A stretch of DNA of 37,340 nt from Conidiobolus incongruus B7586 (GCA_000697335.1 JNEM01006052.1:1-37340), one strand, 5' to 3'; shown: positions 1-13,253, counted from the first letter of the stretch. Notes: a model not told the origin generated them from the sequence alone. A program made the numbers and translations.

Positions 1-3000
1 TTGATATAATATTAATTAAAGAATATACTATTTCAAAGTATTAATATTTTTCAAATTAATTAACATATATAAAATTTTTTGAAAATTTTATATAAATTAA
101 AATTTCATCAAATATTATCTAAAATATAAAATATAATTAATAATTTAAAAATATATATATTCTGATTTATTAAACATTATGTAATATACTTTTCAGATTA
201 AGCTATTTAATATAATATTAATCTTTTAAAATACTTTTACTAACCTATATAGCCCATTATATAATATATTATTATTTAAGATCATATTATTTATAATTAT
301 TTTGAAGGGTATATTTATATCTTGAATAGTTATTTTATTTAATTTTATTTAATTTTAATTTTATGATATATCAAATATAACTAGATATTCTAATAGATCT
401 AGTAAAATCATTACTTTGTCAAAAACTATATTTCTAAGTAAAGTTTGTAATAATGTATATTGAGGAATTAAAAAATGATATTATATACGGTATATTTACG
501 TAATAATTACTTCAACATAAAAATTTTCACCAGATAAATCATACTATAACAAAATGATTCCTTACAAATGAATACTAAGTTACGAATTCTTTGAACCAAG
601 AAAACTATAGCACACACTTGATATATTGATAATATTATCTATATTTATCAGATCTAATTAGTTATTATATGAATATTGAGTTAGAAAATTCCTTTGATAT
701 TTGATTTTGGAAATCGTATATCGATTTTCTAACAATGATTATCAGATAACATTTCAAATATATATCCTTAATTTTCGAAAATATTTTTAGACAAGAATCA
801 AATTTGATTAAATGATAATATTGAATAAAAATAATTCTTGAAATTTGAAATTTATTTAAAAAAAAATGAAAATTATAAAATTTTATTAATTATATATAAT
901 TTTTTGAAAAATAACTGATTTCATATTAAAATAATATATAGAATTACAAAGTCGCGAAACCGACAATGATCTAGCAATATACTGAGTAATATATAATTAA
1001 AAATTAATCACTATATCGCATACTTTACTACTGGTTAATTTATATTATCATTGGTTATTAATATTTAAACAATTAAATATTTATTTATATAGTATCTATT
1101 ATTATTAAACTGAAAATGATTAATGAAATACAACCCACTCAATTACTCTTTATCATATATAAAAAATTTATTGATTAATACAAAAAGTTTAAGATATATA
1201 TATATTGCATAGTTATATAAAATGATAATTGAAATTTAATTTAATAATTCATTGAAGTATAATGATTTTTCAAAATACAAATTTTATTTATGTGAATGAT
1301 CATTGAATATAATACAAATTCCAAACAATAATGGCTTTTTGTCTAATAAAACTAAGTAACTTATGTATTTCATATTAACTAATTTGTCAAAATGTAATAT
1401 ATTTAATGTCAAACTAAATGCGGATATAAAAACAGTGATTATTTGATTTATATTTTGCTTTTTAGTAAATTGATTGGATATTAAATTGAAATATTTTATC
1501 TTTGTAATATAAAAATCCACTAGTATACAACTTTAACATTCCATTGTCTAGATCAGGCTCTATGTCAAAATATATGCTTTTATAATAATTGGAAAAATTA
1601 TGAGAGCCGCCAATTCCGCCCATGTAAATTCAAATAAGCATTTATAAATAGATCAAAATGAGAAAAAATTGGATATAATTAAGAGAATCACACTTTATTA
1701 CCCTCAATTTATTCCAATCAGGTTACTATTTATATAACACATATTGTATAAAAAAATTTCATTAATATACAAGATTTAATAATTGGACCAAACTCAATAT
1801 CAAAATATTTCATTTCTAAATTTTAAATTTCACTTTGGTTCTAATAATCATAAAATTAAAATGGTGTAATAATATTTATATATTAATAAACCTTGATAAA
1901 ACTTTAAACTTGAATTTGTTTAATCAAAATTATTATTCTGATTTTGATAACTTAAAAACGAATATAATGTGCAATATATCGAATTTGAAATATTTACTTC
2001 CAAAATAATTCCTATTGAAAAAATATTTCATTGGATAACTCGAATCTCTACATATATTAAAAATAATATTTTTCAAAAAAAATATAACTACATTTTTATT
2101 TTGAATTTTCATAAAGTGAAAATATAAAGAGCTAAAGTTATATTAATCAGGACATGATTTCAAATAATATTGCAAAAATCATATTTCTGTGTACTTAAAT
2201 TGTGTCATTTAAATATTATGATTATTGATGATCAAATTTATCAGATGAATTTTCGAGTGACTACCAAGACTATATGTTACATTCATAAATTTACGCTTAT
2301 ATTTTAATCATTCCAATATTAGCTGCGATTTTATTCCATAAAATCGGGTAATATACCTATATCATCATATTTAAGTTTTCAAGTATTAAGCCGAAATTTT
2401 GAATATAATTGAAAAAAAATTATCAGATGAAAATTTAATAAATTTAATTTTGAAATTCATACTATATTGGGATTGAAAAATAAAAGTATTTGATTTATAA
2501 TTTATAGTCATATAAAATATACTTTTTTCCAAGGTTTTCTACTAATATTCATATTTACCATTATAACTAAAGATGAAATCATTATATAATTTATAAAATT
2601 AATTTAATGTATCATTACACTTCGGATTTTAATTTGAAAAGATGAAACATTTACATTATTTAAAATATAATTATAAATTATAGTTTTTTATTATAAAATG
2701 ATAACTTAAATTTATATTTCAAATATATAATCCTAATCATTATTATATCATTTTTCAAATTATTAATTGATTTAAATTATTTTTCCTCGTACTTAACATA
2801 CTTAGTCAATTTTGAATTTTTTTTTGCAAGATTATTATATTATTAATTGTTAAACAATTTACCCTAAAATCTACCATAACAAGGAAACTTTAAACGATTA
2901 CACAGAGATTTTTTTTCAATATCTATTAATAAAATAAAACTTTGAAAATAAACAACGGAATGTGTTAAATAAAATTTGCCGATTTTAATTAATTTGTATT

Positions 3001-4596
3001 GTAGTAACAACTGGTTTGTTGTGCCGTCTCCACGTTATTCAACTTTAGTTCTACTCTTATTACAAAAAGTATATTATAATGAACCATTAATGTATTTAAT
3101 AAACTTTAAGATATCAATATAGCTATTATAGAAAACCAAAGATTTACATAACGTCACTGATGTATACTCTTAATCTCGCACTTTTCTAGTTTATTGATAT
3201 TTTTTCTAATCGGTTTCAATATCAAAGTTCAAATCAATTTCAATGGTTATCATGTGAAGAATTGAATATTTCAAATATTGAGTAAAATTTGTTTTAAGTT
3301 CTTAACTCTGTATTTCAAGTAGTTAGAATCAATCATTTAACCTTAAAATATTTAATCCAATTCTTTGCTTTTTGTATAACTAAATATTAAAATCTGAATT
3401 AAATTGTGAAAAGTAAATAATTCGATTTGATTTCCACGATTAGTAAATTGAATAGTGGAATAGTTTGATCTTGTAAACAATGATGAGAAATAAGAGATAG
3501 ATCTAATAACAAAAGAATGAGGTGATAGTAATTAAACGAGTTCAATAATATTTTGGTAAAAGTTATATTATAATTCAAATGAATTTAATAAATTCTAGTA
3601 TTTCAAAAAACTCAAATTTATATTCATTACTCACCATAAATCACATTCCAAATTATCACTCTGATATAAATATAAATACAGTTGCTTCAATCAGGAGCTT
3701 AGTAATACAATGTCATATGAACTGATTTAATATCTCGGTTGAATTATTGATATATTTGGCAATTTTTACTCCAATAGATACTAGGTGATAATACAACCAG
3801 TTTTTATAATTATCAAATAAAGAAATACTCAACATTTGATTTGTTTTGGTATAGCCTGTTGGGTATGGCTACTCGAAAAATTCTATGAAAAATAGCATGA
3901 GTTATACATGCGATTGCTTCAAGACCTGGAGCCTCAGTAAATTCAATAATAAAGATGATTAAATAAAATTATGATCGAGAGGATATTATGATTTGGTTTA
4001 ATAGTTTTTGATTAACTATATGCATTATAAAATAATTTTTGCAAGAAAGGAATAAAATGTATTTAATTGTTTTACATAGAATATTAAAATTTAATGAAAA
4101 GTATATTTATATTAATTTGAGGGAGCTAATACATAGGAGTTACAAATATGGCTAACCAAATCCTAATCCTAATCCCAATCTAGTTTTCTAGGCGGCCAAT
4201 AAGATCCCAGATGGTTTTTACTATTGGAGTGTAGGACAAACTGTGCTTGGATAGATATCTAACTAAAAAAGATGAATCAAGTAACATTTGTTGAAATCGC
4301 CCAGCTGATTCACATTCCAAATCTGTCAAATATTACTAATGTGATTAAATGATGGAGAAATGTACGTGAACCAATAGGAAACTCCATCTCAAATATTACG
4401 AGGGATAGTAAAATGATATTCAAAATTCAATATACATATAAATACTCCATCATTCTGATTAGATTTGGTGAAAACATTCTCATATCCTCAGCCAAATTAG
4501 TGATATTGGATAAAGTTTTCAAAATTTATTGTGGTTGGAGTTGATTTTTAATTTATTGTTATTATTTATTGATTATTACACATTCTAAACCACGAG

Positions 4597-5439
4597 ATGG
4601 ATACCTTCAGAAGTACACTTCTATCTCCTGTTCAAACAGCTCCTCCAATTTTATCAGACAGCACTCCCAATTGGTGTGACGATGTTCCTGAATTGGATAC
4701 TCTATCAATCAGTAGTTCATCTTCATCAAGTTGCGATACTTCCCACCACTATGATCTTCCCACTATCACAATATCACCTATCATCCAACCTAAACAGCGT
4801 CCAGGCCATCGCCGTATGACAAGCTGGGCATCTTTTTCACCTCCCGAGTCACCTACTCATCTTCCCAACTCATGCCAACATAAACTCAATCTTTGCTTAA
4901 ATCCTAAATCCAACTACCCAGACCGTGCCACTAAAATCAAAACTCGTAAAGCTTTAAGATCGCCTCCAAGTTTTCGCGACTTGCATGCTATCGTCAGCCT
5001 TGAGCAAAGACTAGAAATCCCGCAACCTTTGGTTTCTTGTGGAAGAAAGATAGTAGATCAAGGGATGATTGAGGTTATCGAAGGCACTAAACAGCCTATC
5101 CGTTGCCATTACGTGCTCTTTAATGATGCATTTGGCTACGCGCCCATCTCATCACAGACAGAAGCCCAAGATCTCTCTTATTTTACACTCATCCCTCTAC
5201 CTAAAATAACCAGTCGCGATATTTTCAGTGGACCTCTTTGGATTCGAATTGACACTCCATCAGCCCAACTCAAGCTCCACTTCAGCATTGAATCGGACTG
5301 GGACCGGTTTTTGGACTGTTTGAATAATATTATTCAGGGAGACGTCACCCTAGCCAGCCATCCTAATAATCGACCTTCTCCTTCCTTAACCAGACATCAT
5401 AGCCTCTCATTGAGCATTCCATTTTTGAATCTATTTTGA
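4597..5439 (+). CDS. Intronless protein with Ser/Pro-rich disordered N-terminus and a C-terminal PH domain of the type that follows DH domains in RhoGEFs
   Basis: 280-aa ORF in a GC-richer island. The segment PLVSCGRKIVDQGMIEV...CHYVLFNDAFGY...LKLHFSIESDWDRFLDCLNNII matches the PH pattern (xLFND strand, C-terminal helix). Confidence 0.7.
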   Translation: MDTFRSTLLSPVQTAPPILSDSTPNWCDDVPELDTLSISSSSSSSCDTSHHYDLPTITISPIIQPKQRPGHRRMTSWASFSPPESPTHLPNSCQHKLNLCLNPKSNYPDRATKIKTRKALRSPPSFRDLHAIVSLEQRLEIPQPLVSCGRKIVDQGMIEVIEGTKQPIRCHYVLFNDAFGYAPISSQTEAQDLSYFTLIPLPKITSRDIFSGPLWIRIDTPSAQLKLHFSIESDWDRFLDCLNNIIQGDVTLASHPNNRPSPSLTRHHSLSLSIPFLNLF

Positions 5440-8400
5440 GATAGTTAAAATCCTTCTCACCTGACTCACATTTCCCACCATACTAACACTTTTTGATTGG
5501 ATTGAATCCAACTAAATTGACTCGAATTTAACATGAAATTTTAAAATTAAGCTAGAAGCTTTAAACAAAAAAGTTAAAGAATTATCATCATATAAAAATT
5601 AATATGATGAATTGAAATAAAAATAAATTGTAAATAATTATATAATTATTATTATTAATATTTTAATAGATTCAAATAGATAAAATATTAATAAAATATT
5701 TTTATAATAATTAAATTTTTAAAATTTGAAATTTAACTCCTTCAAAGAATTTAATTAAAACATTAAGTGAAAAATAAAATTTGAATAAGTGTGATAATAA
5801 TTATAAAATTATTAAAATAATAATATTTTATTCTCTTTATAATTATAAAATTTATTAAATTAGTTTTACTACAATTTTAATGAATTTATTTAAAATATTT
5901 GATTGTTATAAATATTCTAATTACTCATATATTATATTATTAATTTTTTAAAGCATCATGTTACTCATTATATATATGCTTATTTGATTTGACTGAGTAT
6001 TATTGATAAATATCAATTTACCTTATATATATAATTGTAATCCATTCACATATAACAAAATTTACAAATATTTAATATTTGGTTTTAAAACTATGAAATA
6101 ATATTCCTATTTAAATGTTACTGTTGTAAATAATTGCATGAAAATTTTTTATAGTTAAATTTATGAGGATATTAAGTAAATATATCATAATTGGTTGAAT
6201 ATACTTACACTTGACTTACCCAAATCAAGTGATCTTTGGGAATAAATATAGTATATGTTTCAAGTGGATATATTGTCTTCAGAATTCTAAGGTCAGATGA
6301 ATTAATTAATGTAATAATTTAATATAACATATTAAAAATCCTTTAAAAGATATTTCAAAAAGGAATTACTGATATATAATAATGAATAATTATTTGAGTA
6401 CAAATTAAGTGAAATAAGGATAGATTATTGAAAATTTCCAGGGTTGAAAAGTGTAAAATACTCCAAGTAAGGAGAATAGATTGAAAATTGAGTATTAGTA
6501 AATTGTGGAGAGTAAACTATTTTTTTCATGCTTTAGCATTAATAAAATTGTCAACAAGCAATTGAAAATACTACATCAATAGCGTGTAATCAACTGAATT
6601 CAATTTATAAAACCGTTAGGAACATCTTGCAGATATTTATTTATGCACAATTTTAGTTTCGGCATACCCCATCAATAATTGCAGAATAACAAGTTTTGGA
6701 TTGCTCCTTTGAGGTGCGCATAAGCTATATAATTTGATATAAAAGGGTGTGCTTTATCCTAGATAAAGTTATTTTATTAAGAGTTAAAATAGTTTATTTA
6801 AAAATGCAAATTAATTTAAAAGGGAAATGGTATTGTTAAAATGTTAGATTTTATTTTGCCCAATCATATTTATGAATATATTTGAAGTCATTTTTTACGA
6901 ATGCGTTGTGTATCTCACTTGGAAAACTTTTCATTATATAAAACTGTGATGTCAATTATCAAAATACAAATAGTATATTTAAATATTTCATATTATAGTA
7001 TTTAATTTGTTATTTAATACTTGATTATTATTGAAAAGATTTAAAATTTATATTTTTGCTAAAAGTTCATATAATTAAATAAAATTAATATTTAATTGAA
7101 ATATAAAAAATAACAAAAGTTATGAAATTTTAATCATTTTACCGAAAAAAATGAATATTAATTATCAATCAACTTAATGCATATCCGTATTTTTTCATAA
7201 TCCAATTGATTAATTTTCATTCAAACATAAATATAAAGCAATATATTATCAAGGGATACACTATGCTTTCATTATTATCCAATAATTTAGATATAATAAC
7301 ATATTTAGTCAATAGTCCACAAATGCTTGCTTTTACAGTTATATTATTCTAATTTCATTTAATAAATTATATTATTCAATCTAATTGAACATTATAATTC
7401 AAAGTAACCAAATATTTGTAATTTATTACACTCCAAATATAAAGAAAATAAATTAATAGTGAGTTTTAACAGTTTAATCTATTATCACGCTGGATTGTTA
7501 ATATTATCTATATATGCTAAATAATTTCTTGATATGAAAATTTTCGTTATTATTTTAGTTGCAGTTTTAAGTTCATTAAATCAGAACAATTTAGTATGCT
7601 GACTGCCACATGGTATGTGTAAATATATATGCTTGATGGTTTTAGAAATTGCTCAGGTTTTCAATTGAATTGTGCTCATTATTAAAAATAATCTCAACTT
7701 GTAGTGAACCATTATTTTGATTTCTTAATATTAAGTATGAAGTTATAATGAACACATTAATTAGATTTTATTATATTTTCAAATTACATTCATTTTAGGG
7801 ATTTTAAAAGAAAAAATATATTCAAAGATATATAAATAATAATATATAAAATTATTTTTTGAGAAATGATACCTTTATTTTTAGATTGTAATTTTCAATA
7901 AATTTGAAATTTAATAATAGAAAATGATTAATCTTAGATTTTAACTTTTGAATAATAATATTTATATTTGCTTTTAATAATTTAGATATTTAGCAAAATA
8001 TTCAAAATCAATAAATCATTTGATATTTATATTATTAATGCCTTCATTAATATAGATTATTATTATTAATATCGAAATAAATTTCTAAAATTTGATTATA
8101 TATCATAAATATTCCTAAAATAAACCAATTTGTATTTATTTTTAATTATATATATAATTGTTAATTTAAATAAACTATAATATATGAAGTGTTAATAACT
8201 CTATAATTTTGGTTATATATAATTTTTTTTCTATTAAATAATTCTGAGAGGGTTTTTTATTAAATGAAATATTTAATGAGTTGGTTTAAAAGAACTTTGA
8301 TTCGAAAAACTCAATTAATTAATTTACTCAATTTCAGTACCATCAAAGGAATTGAGTATTCATATTATAGATCATTTATTAAAAGGTTTTAATTTTTACT

Positions 8401-11400
8401 ATATATTATGAAATTAACCGACATTAAATACGCAATTTATATGAATTTATCTAAAATTAATAGCCAATTGACATATAGTTTAGTTAATTTATTCTCTAAA
8501 CATAATAATAAAAATATATAATCAAAAACTTTAATCCAATTAGTTAGAAATAAATTGCATTCAGTAGTAAAATATATATTATGTTAAATGATCTACTTAT
8601 ATTATATTTACTAATACAAAATTTAAACATCTCTATATTAGTTAATTGCAATATGTTTATTAAAATGTTAAAATTTTGAGTGTAATTTTGAAATCTAAAC
8701 AATTCAATAGATCTATTGATTATTAATCATATTTAATCATTAATAATTATTAAATAGAGTAAATTTCATTTTCATTTTTTTGAATTTTATTCAATATACA
8801 TATATATATATAATCGCTTTAAAAACTGAAATATAAAAGTTAACAAAATTATCAACTCACTATTTTACCAATATATTTGTGATATATATATATAATTTTA
8901 ATAAATTTATATTGTTCAAGATTATATCTCTAATTTATTTCCAAAATTTATCTTTAAATCTTAATTTTCAAATAAATTTATAATTTAAATATTCAAATTT
9001 TTACTAAAATCATATATTATGAAAATTTTTTAAACCTTTTAGTTTGAATGAATAAATAGGATTCCTTTTTTATTTTGAATTTCACTATTACTATTTATTT
9101 AGCATTTTTTAAGAATGCCCCTAACATTTTCATTTACTAACTGATGCTTTTAATTATTCATTATTATATCTAAATATTTAATAATTTTATTCACTAGTAT
9201 ATGAGACTATTTTAACCATTAATTTTATTCAATTTTTCTTTACATAATAATATCATACTATAATCTATTATTCAATATTTTATTTAAGTTACATGTTTAA
9301 TTGTTATTGATATTGAAAATATATTGATTAAATTTGAATTTAGTATTTAAATTATATTATATATCAAATGTAATAATATTTTAATTAAATTTTATTCATT
9401 ATAAATAAAAACAATATATTTTCAAATCATTATTTGTATTATTTATTATTGGTATCTGATCTTAAATATTTAAATATATTATTATTTATAAAATTTGTTT
9501 TTGAAAAATAAATATATAAGTTTCAAATATACTTTAATTTTTAAACATGTTAACTTTGTTCTATTTTTTATAATAATATAATATTTTATGTTTGTTATTT
9601 GGTATATGCTCATATTTAAATCAAAGCATATTTAATAGTATACTTTTATTATCTATCATACTATAAATATCATTTCTACTATATAAAACTACTATTAAAT
9701 AAGGTATCACTTATTTGGACTAGAATAAATTTTTATTTAAATTATATTTGTTAGTATTAATATAGAGTATATAATTATATATATTATAAGACGATAGTGT
9801 ATTTCTAATATTTTTATTTTAATATAGATTGTTTTTAGTTTGATCAAGTTTCAATTGGTTAGCTTATCCTCAATTTTGATATCTTTGATTCAATCGAATT
9901 CAAATATTTTTTAAAAATTATCATCACTCTACTGAGAATCACTCATAATATATTAAATCATTAGTATTTTAATTTACTTTTATAACTTATTGAATTTGAA
10001 TTTAATTGGTTTAATTATTGCGTTACTTTGTTAAATAATTATTGACTATTAAAAATTAAGCACAATTTTTGAAATATTAATTTTGATTATCATGCTGTCA
10101 ATTTCAAAGTTAGATTGATTTTATCATTTTTTAAATAGATTAAATATAGTAATATTAAACAAATAATTCAATATACTTATAAATTAGTCAAGATTATATT
10201 GAGGGTACTATTGAATTAAATTTTAATTTTAATAATTACATATATATTAATAAATTTGATTGTTTAAGAATTTTGATAAAATAATATTTTTAATTATTAA
10301 AAAATGAATTATTGAAATGATTTTAATGAAATTATTAAAAAATTATTTTATTAAATATATGACTTTTATAATAATTGATATTTTTGAAGTTATTGCTCAA
10401 GTATTAAATATAGAAGCTTAATGTTAACAAAATAAAAATAGAAATCATTAAAACAATATATAGAATATTGATATCTGTATGGGTAGATATATTTAGTGTA
10501 AATTCAACTAAAATCATGTGTATATCCTCTTACTACTATAATTCCTTGAATGAGATAAATAAAGTTATTATATCAAAATATAAGCTATATGAAATATTCT
10601 ATCAAAGCGTGAATTAGACGAATGTAATTGTACTATGAATTATGAATTAACTTTATTGAATTCAATCAATTGACTATAAGCTGAGTTCTAATTTATAGTT
10701 TGCAAAGTATATGACTCAAACAATCTTTTGTGATAGATTGGTATTTTATATATCATTGAAAAATTACAAAAAGTAAACCCTAGCAATTTAGATATTTATG
10801 TTGGTAAAATGTAAAATGAGAAAAATTGAGATAATTCATCATTAAATATTATTTCATTAGCTATGTGTATTCAGATCCCATTGAAGCAATATGCCTCTGT
10901 TGTTACTCTCGTTAATTATCTGGACGAATTCCATTTGAAATATTAATTATTTCATTAATCTTCAAAAAAAAATTTTGATAGATAGTATTGTGGTTACCTA
11001 GATAGTAATCCGCCTGAGCAACTTTTCCTCGCCATATATTTCCTTATGAGAATGCCACTCCAGAAGGCACATCACTCTACTCTAAAGGTCTCATTCTTTA
11101 GCAAACATATTTCACCTCTAACCACTATCTTTAACTGACAATTAGACTATAAAAGAATTGATGTCATAAGTCTTACAAAGGGAGGTCAGTGGACCTCTTA
11201 CTAAATGATAATATCCTTTCATCTTCTCAATAAAGCCTTTGATCTAGTACTGTCACTTACTAACAGTAGTTTACCTGCCTCAGTTGCTTATTTTATGTAT
11301 TGCTAGTAACCAGTATTGCAACAGTATGATTGGATGTATTGTTTTAGTTTTCAAAAAATTTAAAATGATAATTATATTTATAAGGTGAAATAATTCAGAA

Positions 11401-12902
11401 TAATTTGAAAAATCAGTAGGTGAGGATAAAAATAGTCATATATTGACAATGAGGAAATTTTTGAAATTAATTTGAAGGGAGTAATAAAATATATTCAATG
11501 GTAAAAAATTCCTAATATAAATTATAAAATTATTTTGGAATTTATTGTATGAGATTAAAATTTGAATTATACTAAAATATTTTCATATAGCACCTCTCTG
11601 GTTTTGTTTTAACAAGTTATAAAAAATATGAAAGTATGTAATTTTAGCCTTCCTTTGTATTAAAATATATTAATAATTACAAAAATATGAAACTGAATAT
11701 CATTTCTAATATATCCAAAAGTGTTTCTACCATAATTGAAATAAATTTATATTAAATTTTTACATCATTTCTTAAAGTTCAAAATCAAGTCTAATTCTCT
11801 GCCAAAGTTTATTTGATTGAATTATTTAGCTTGCTATTTCAACATTGTAGAAAGGAGAATCAATTGAATTTCATTCAAGTAACTACTAAAAATCAGAGTC
11901 CTTTCTAGAAGAAAAATATTTTTGTTTCAAATATTAACATCTTTAGTTTGATTTTATATTAAAATGAGATATTAAAATATCCTGATAAACCTATTAGAAT
12001 TATATTTCAGAAATCTTTTCCCGTTACATTGAATAGTTAATTTAGTACTCTACTATATGTCATAATAAATCAGTATAAATAATACACAGTTAAAATTTAT
12101 ACCTATTGTCTAGAATTAATATAAGATATAATCAAACATTGGATCATGAACAAGTAATAATATCGAAACTTTTATTAAAAGGTAAAAATAAATTTTATCA
12201 GATTAATTAATATTTTTTCATGGCCAATTATATTCATTAATATTTATGTCTGGATATAGTATATCATATTTTTCACAAAATCCCAATCAAATACTCGAAA
12301 ATGTAAAATGATTTGAGTCAAAGATATATCTTGAAACTTACTACTCTAAAACTTAAATGTCATATTAGGTTGTAGCTTTTTAATAAATTATTGTGATAGA
12401 TTTTATTTGTCATTATTGTGCAATTTGAAAATTATATAGTATTTTTTTATCATTTTATTGATTAATTTACGATATAGATATTTTACAAATTAAACAGTGA
12501 AATATAAAATGCTTATTAAATATATATATATATATATTTGAAATGAGATAACTGTATATTATTAATATTAACTTATCAATTTTTATAATAATCTTAATAT
12601 GGATATTGTACATTACATTTTCCACATCATTATATTTTGTCTTTTAAATTTCGAAACTGATAATGATTACTTAGATTAATACCCTACACTGAAAATGTAT
12701 AATATTAAAAAATAGTAATAATATATTAATATTCGAAAGATTACAATATTGCTAAAATATTCAGCTTGAGTTTAATTATATTTTTTGGTAATATTAACAT
12801 ATTTTACATATTATATATATTATACATAATATAATTTTAACTTTAGAATCCAAATCATTCTCAAAATGGCTAAATATATTACACTATCCATTTAACAAAA
12901 AT

Positions 12903-13195
12903 TTATCTGATAATTTAAGTTTTATCAGATATATAACAATTAAGGTAATTATTCAATTTGTTAGATAAATCATTTTCTATAACAATTACCCAAGGATTAC
13001 GCATCAATACTCTTTAAAGTTTAAATATTCACAAAGTACCAATCTGATAAGTATGCTAATTTCCACAAATATAATTAGAAGTATAAGTTGACCAATTAAT
13101 ATTCATGAAAATGTTCATCTGATAATTTTTTAATATCCATCAATTTCGTAAAATACAAAACACATCATATAAATTAGCATAATTTCATCTGATAA
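12903..13195. promoter_or_regulatory. Cluster of five ATCWGATAA elements (SreA/Fep1-type extended GATA sites)
   Basis: ATCTGATAA on + at 12905-12913, 13042-13050, 13117-13125 and 13187-13195, and on - at 12922-12930 (TTATCAGAT). All lie within 350 bp of the GATA factor ATG. Confidence 0.7.
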
Positions 13196-13253
13196 AATTT
13201 AATTAATATTTTTCTTTTTGTTTTTCTTATATTGTTTTTAGATTTGTGCTGAA

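Noticed and set aside
1284..1520. 78-aa minus-strand ORF (also 24868-25056, 30274-30489, 34132-34359)
   Set aside because: Composition rich in I/N/K/F/Y simply reflects AT-rich background. No recognisable motifs, and several use non-ATG starts.
3150..3900. Possible decayed LRR/F-box-like coding sequence on the minus strand
   Set aside because: Only short Leu/Asn-rich fragments between many stops. Cannot be told apart from background by eye.
4152..4182. Telomere-like run TAACCAAATCCTAATCCTAATCCCAATCTAG
   Set aside because: Only about three imperfect hexamers; too short for an interstitial telomere call.
6380..6725. Hydrophobic minus-strand fragments suggesting a membrane-protein or GPCR pseudogene
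   Set aside because: Multiple stops and no diagnostic motif. Hydrophobicity is expected from T-rich codons.
7597..7602. Cys-TGA as a selenocysteine recoding site
   Set aside because: No recognisable SECIS or selenoprotein homology, and the frame closes soon afterwards.
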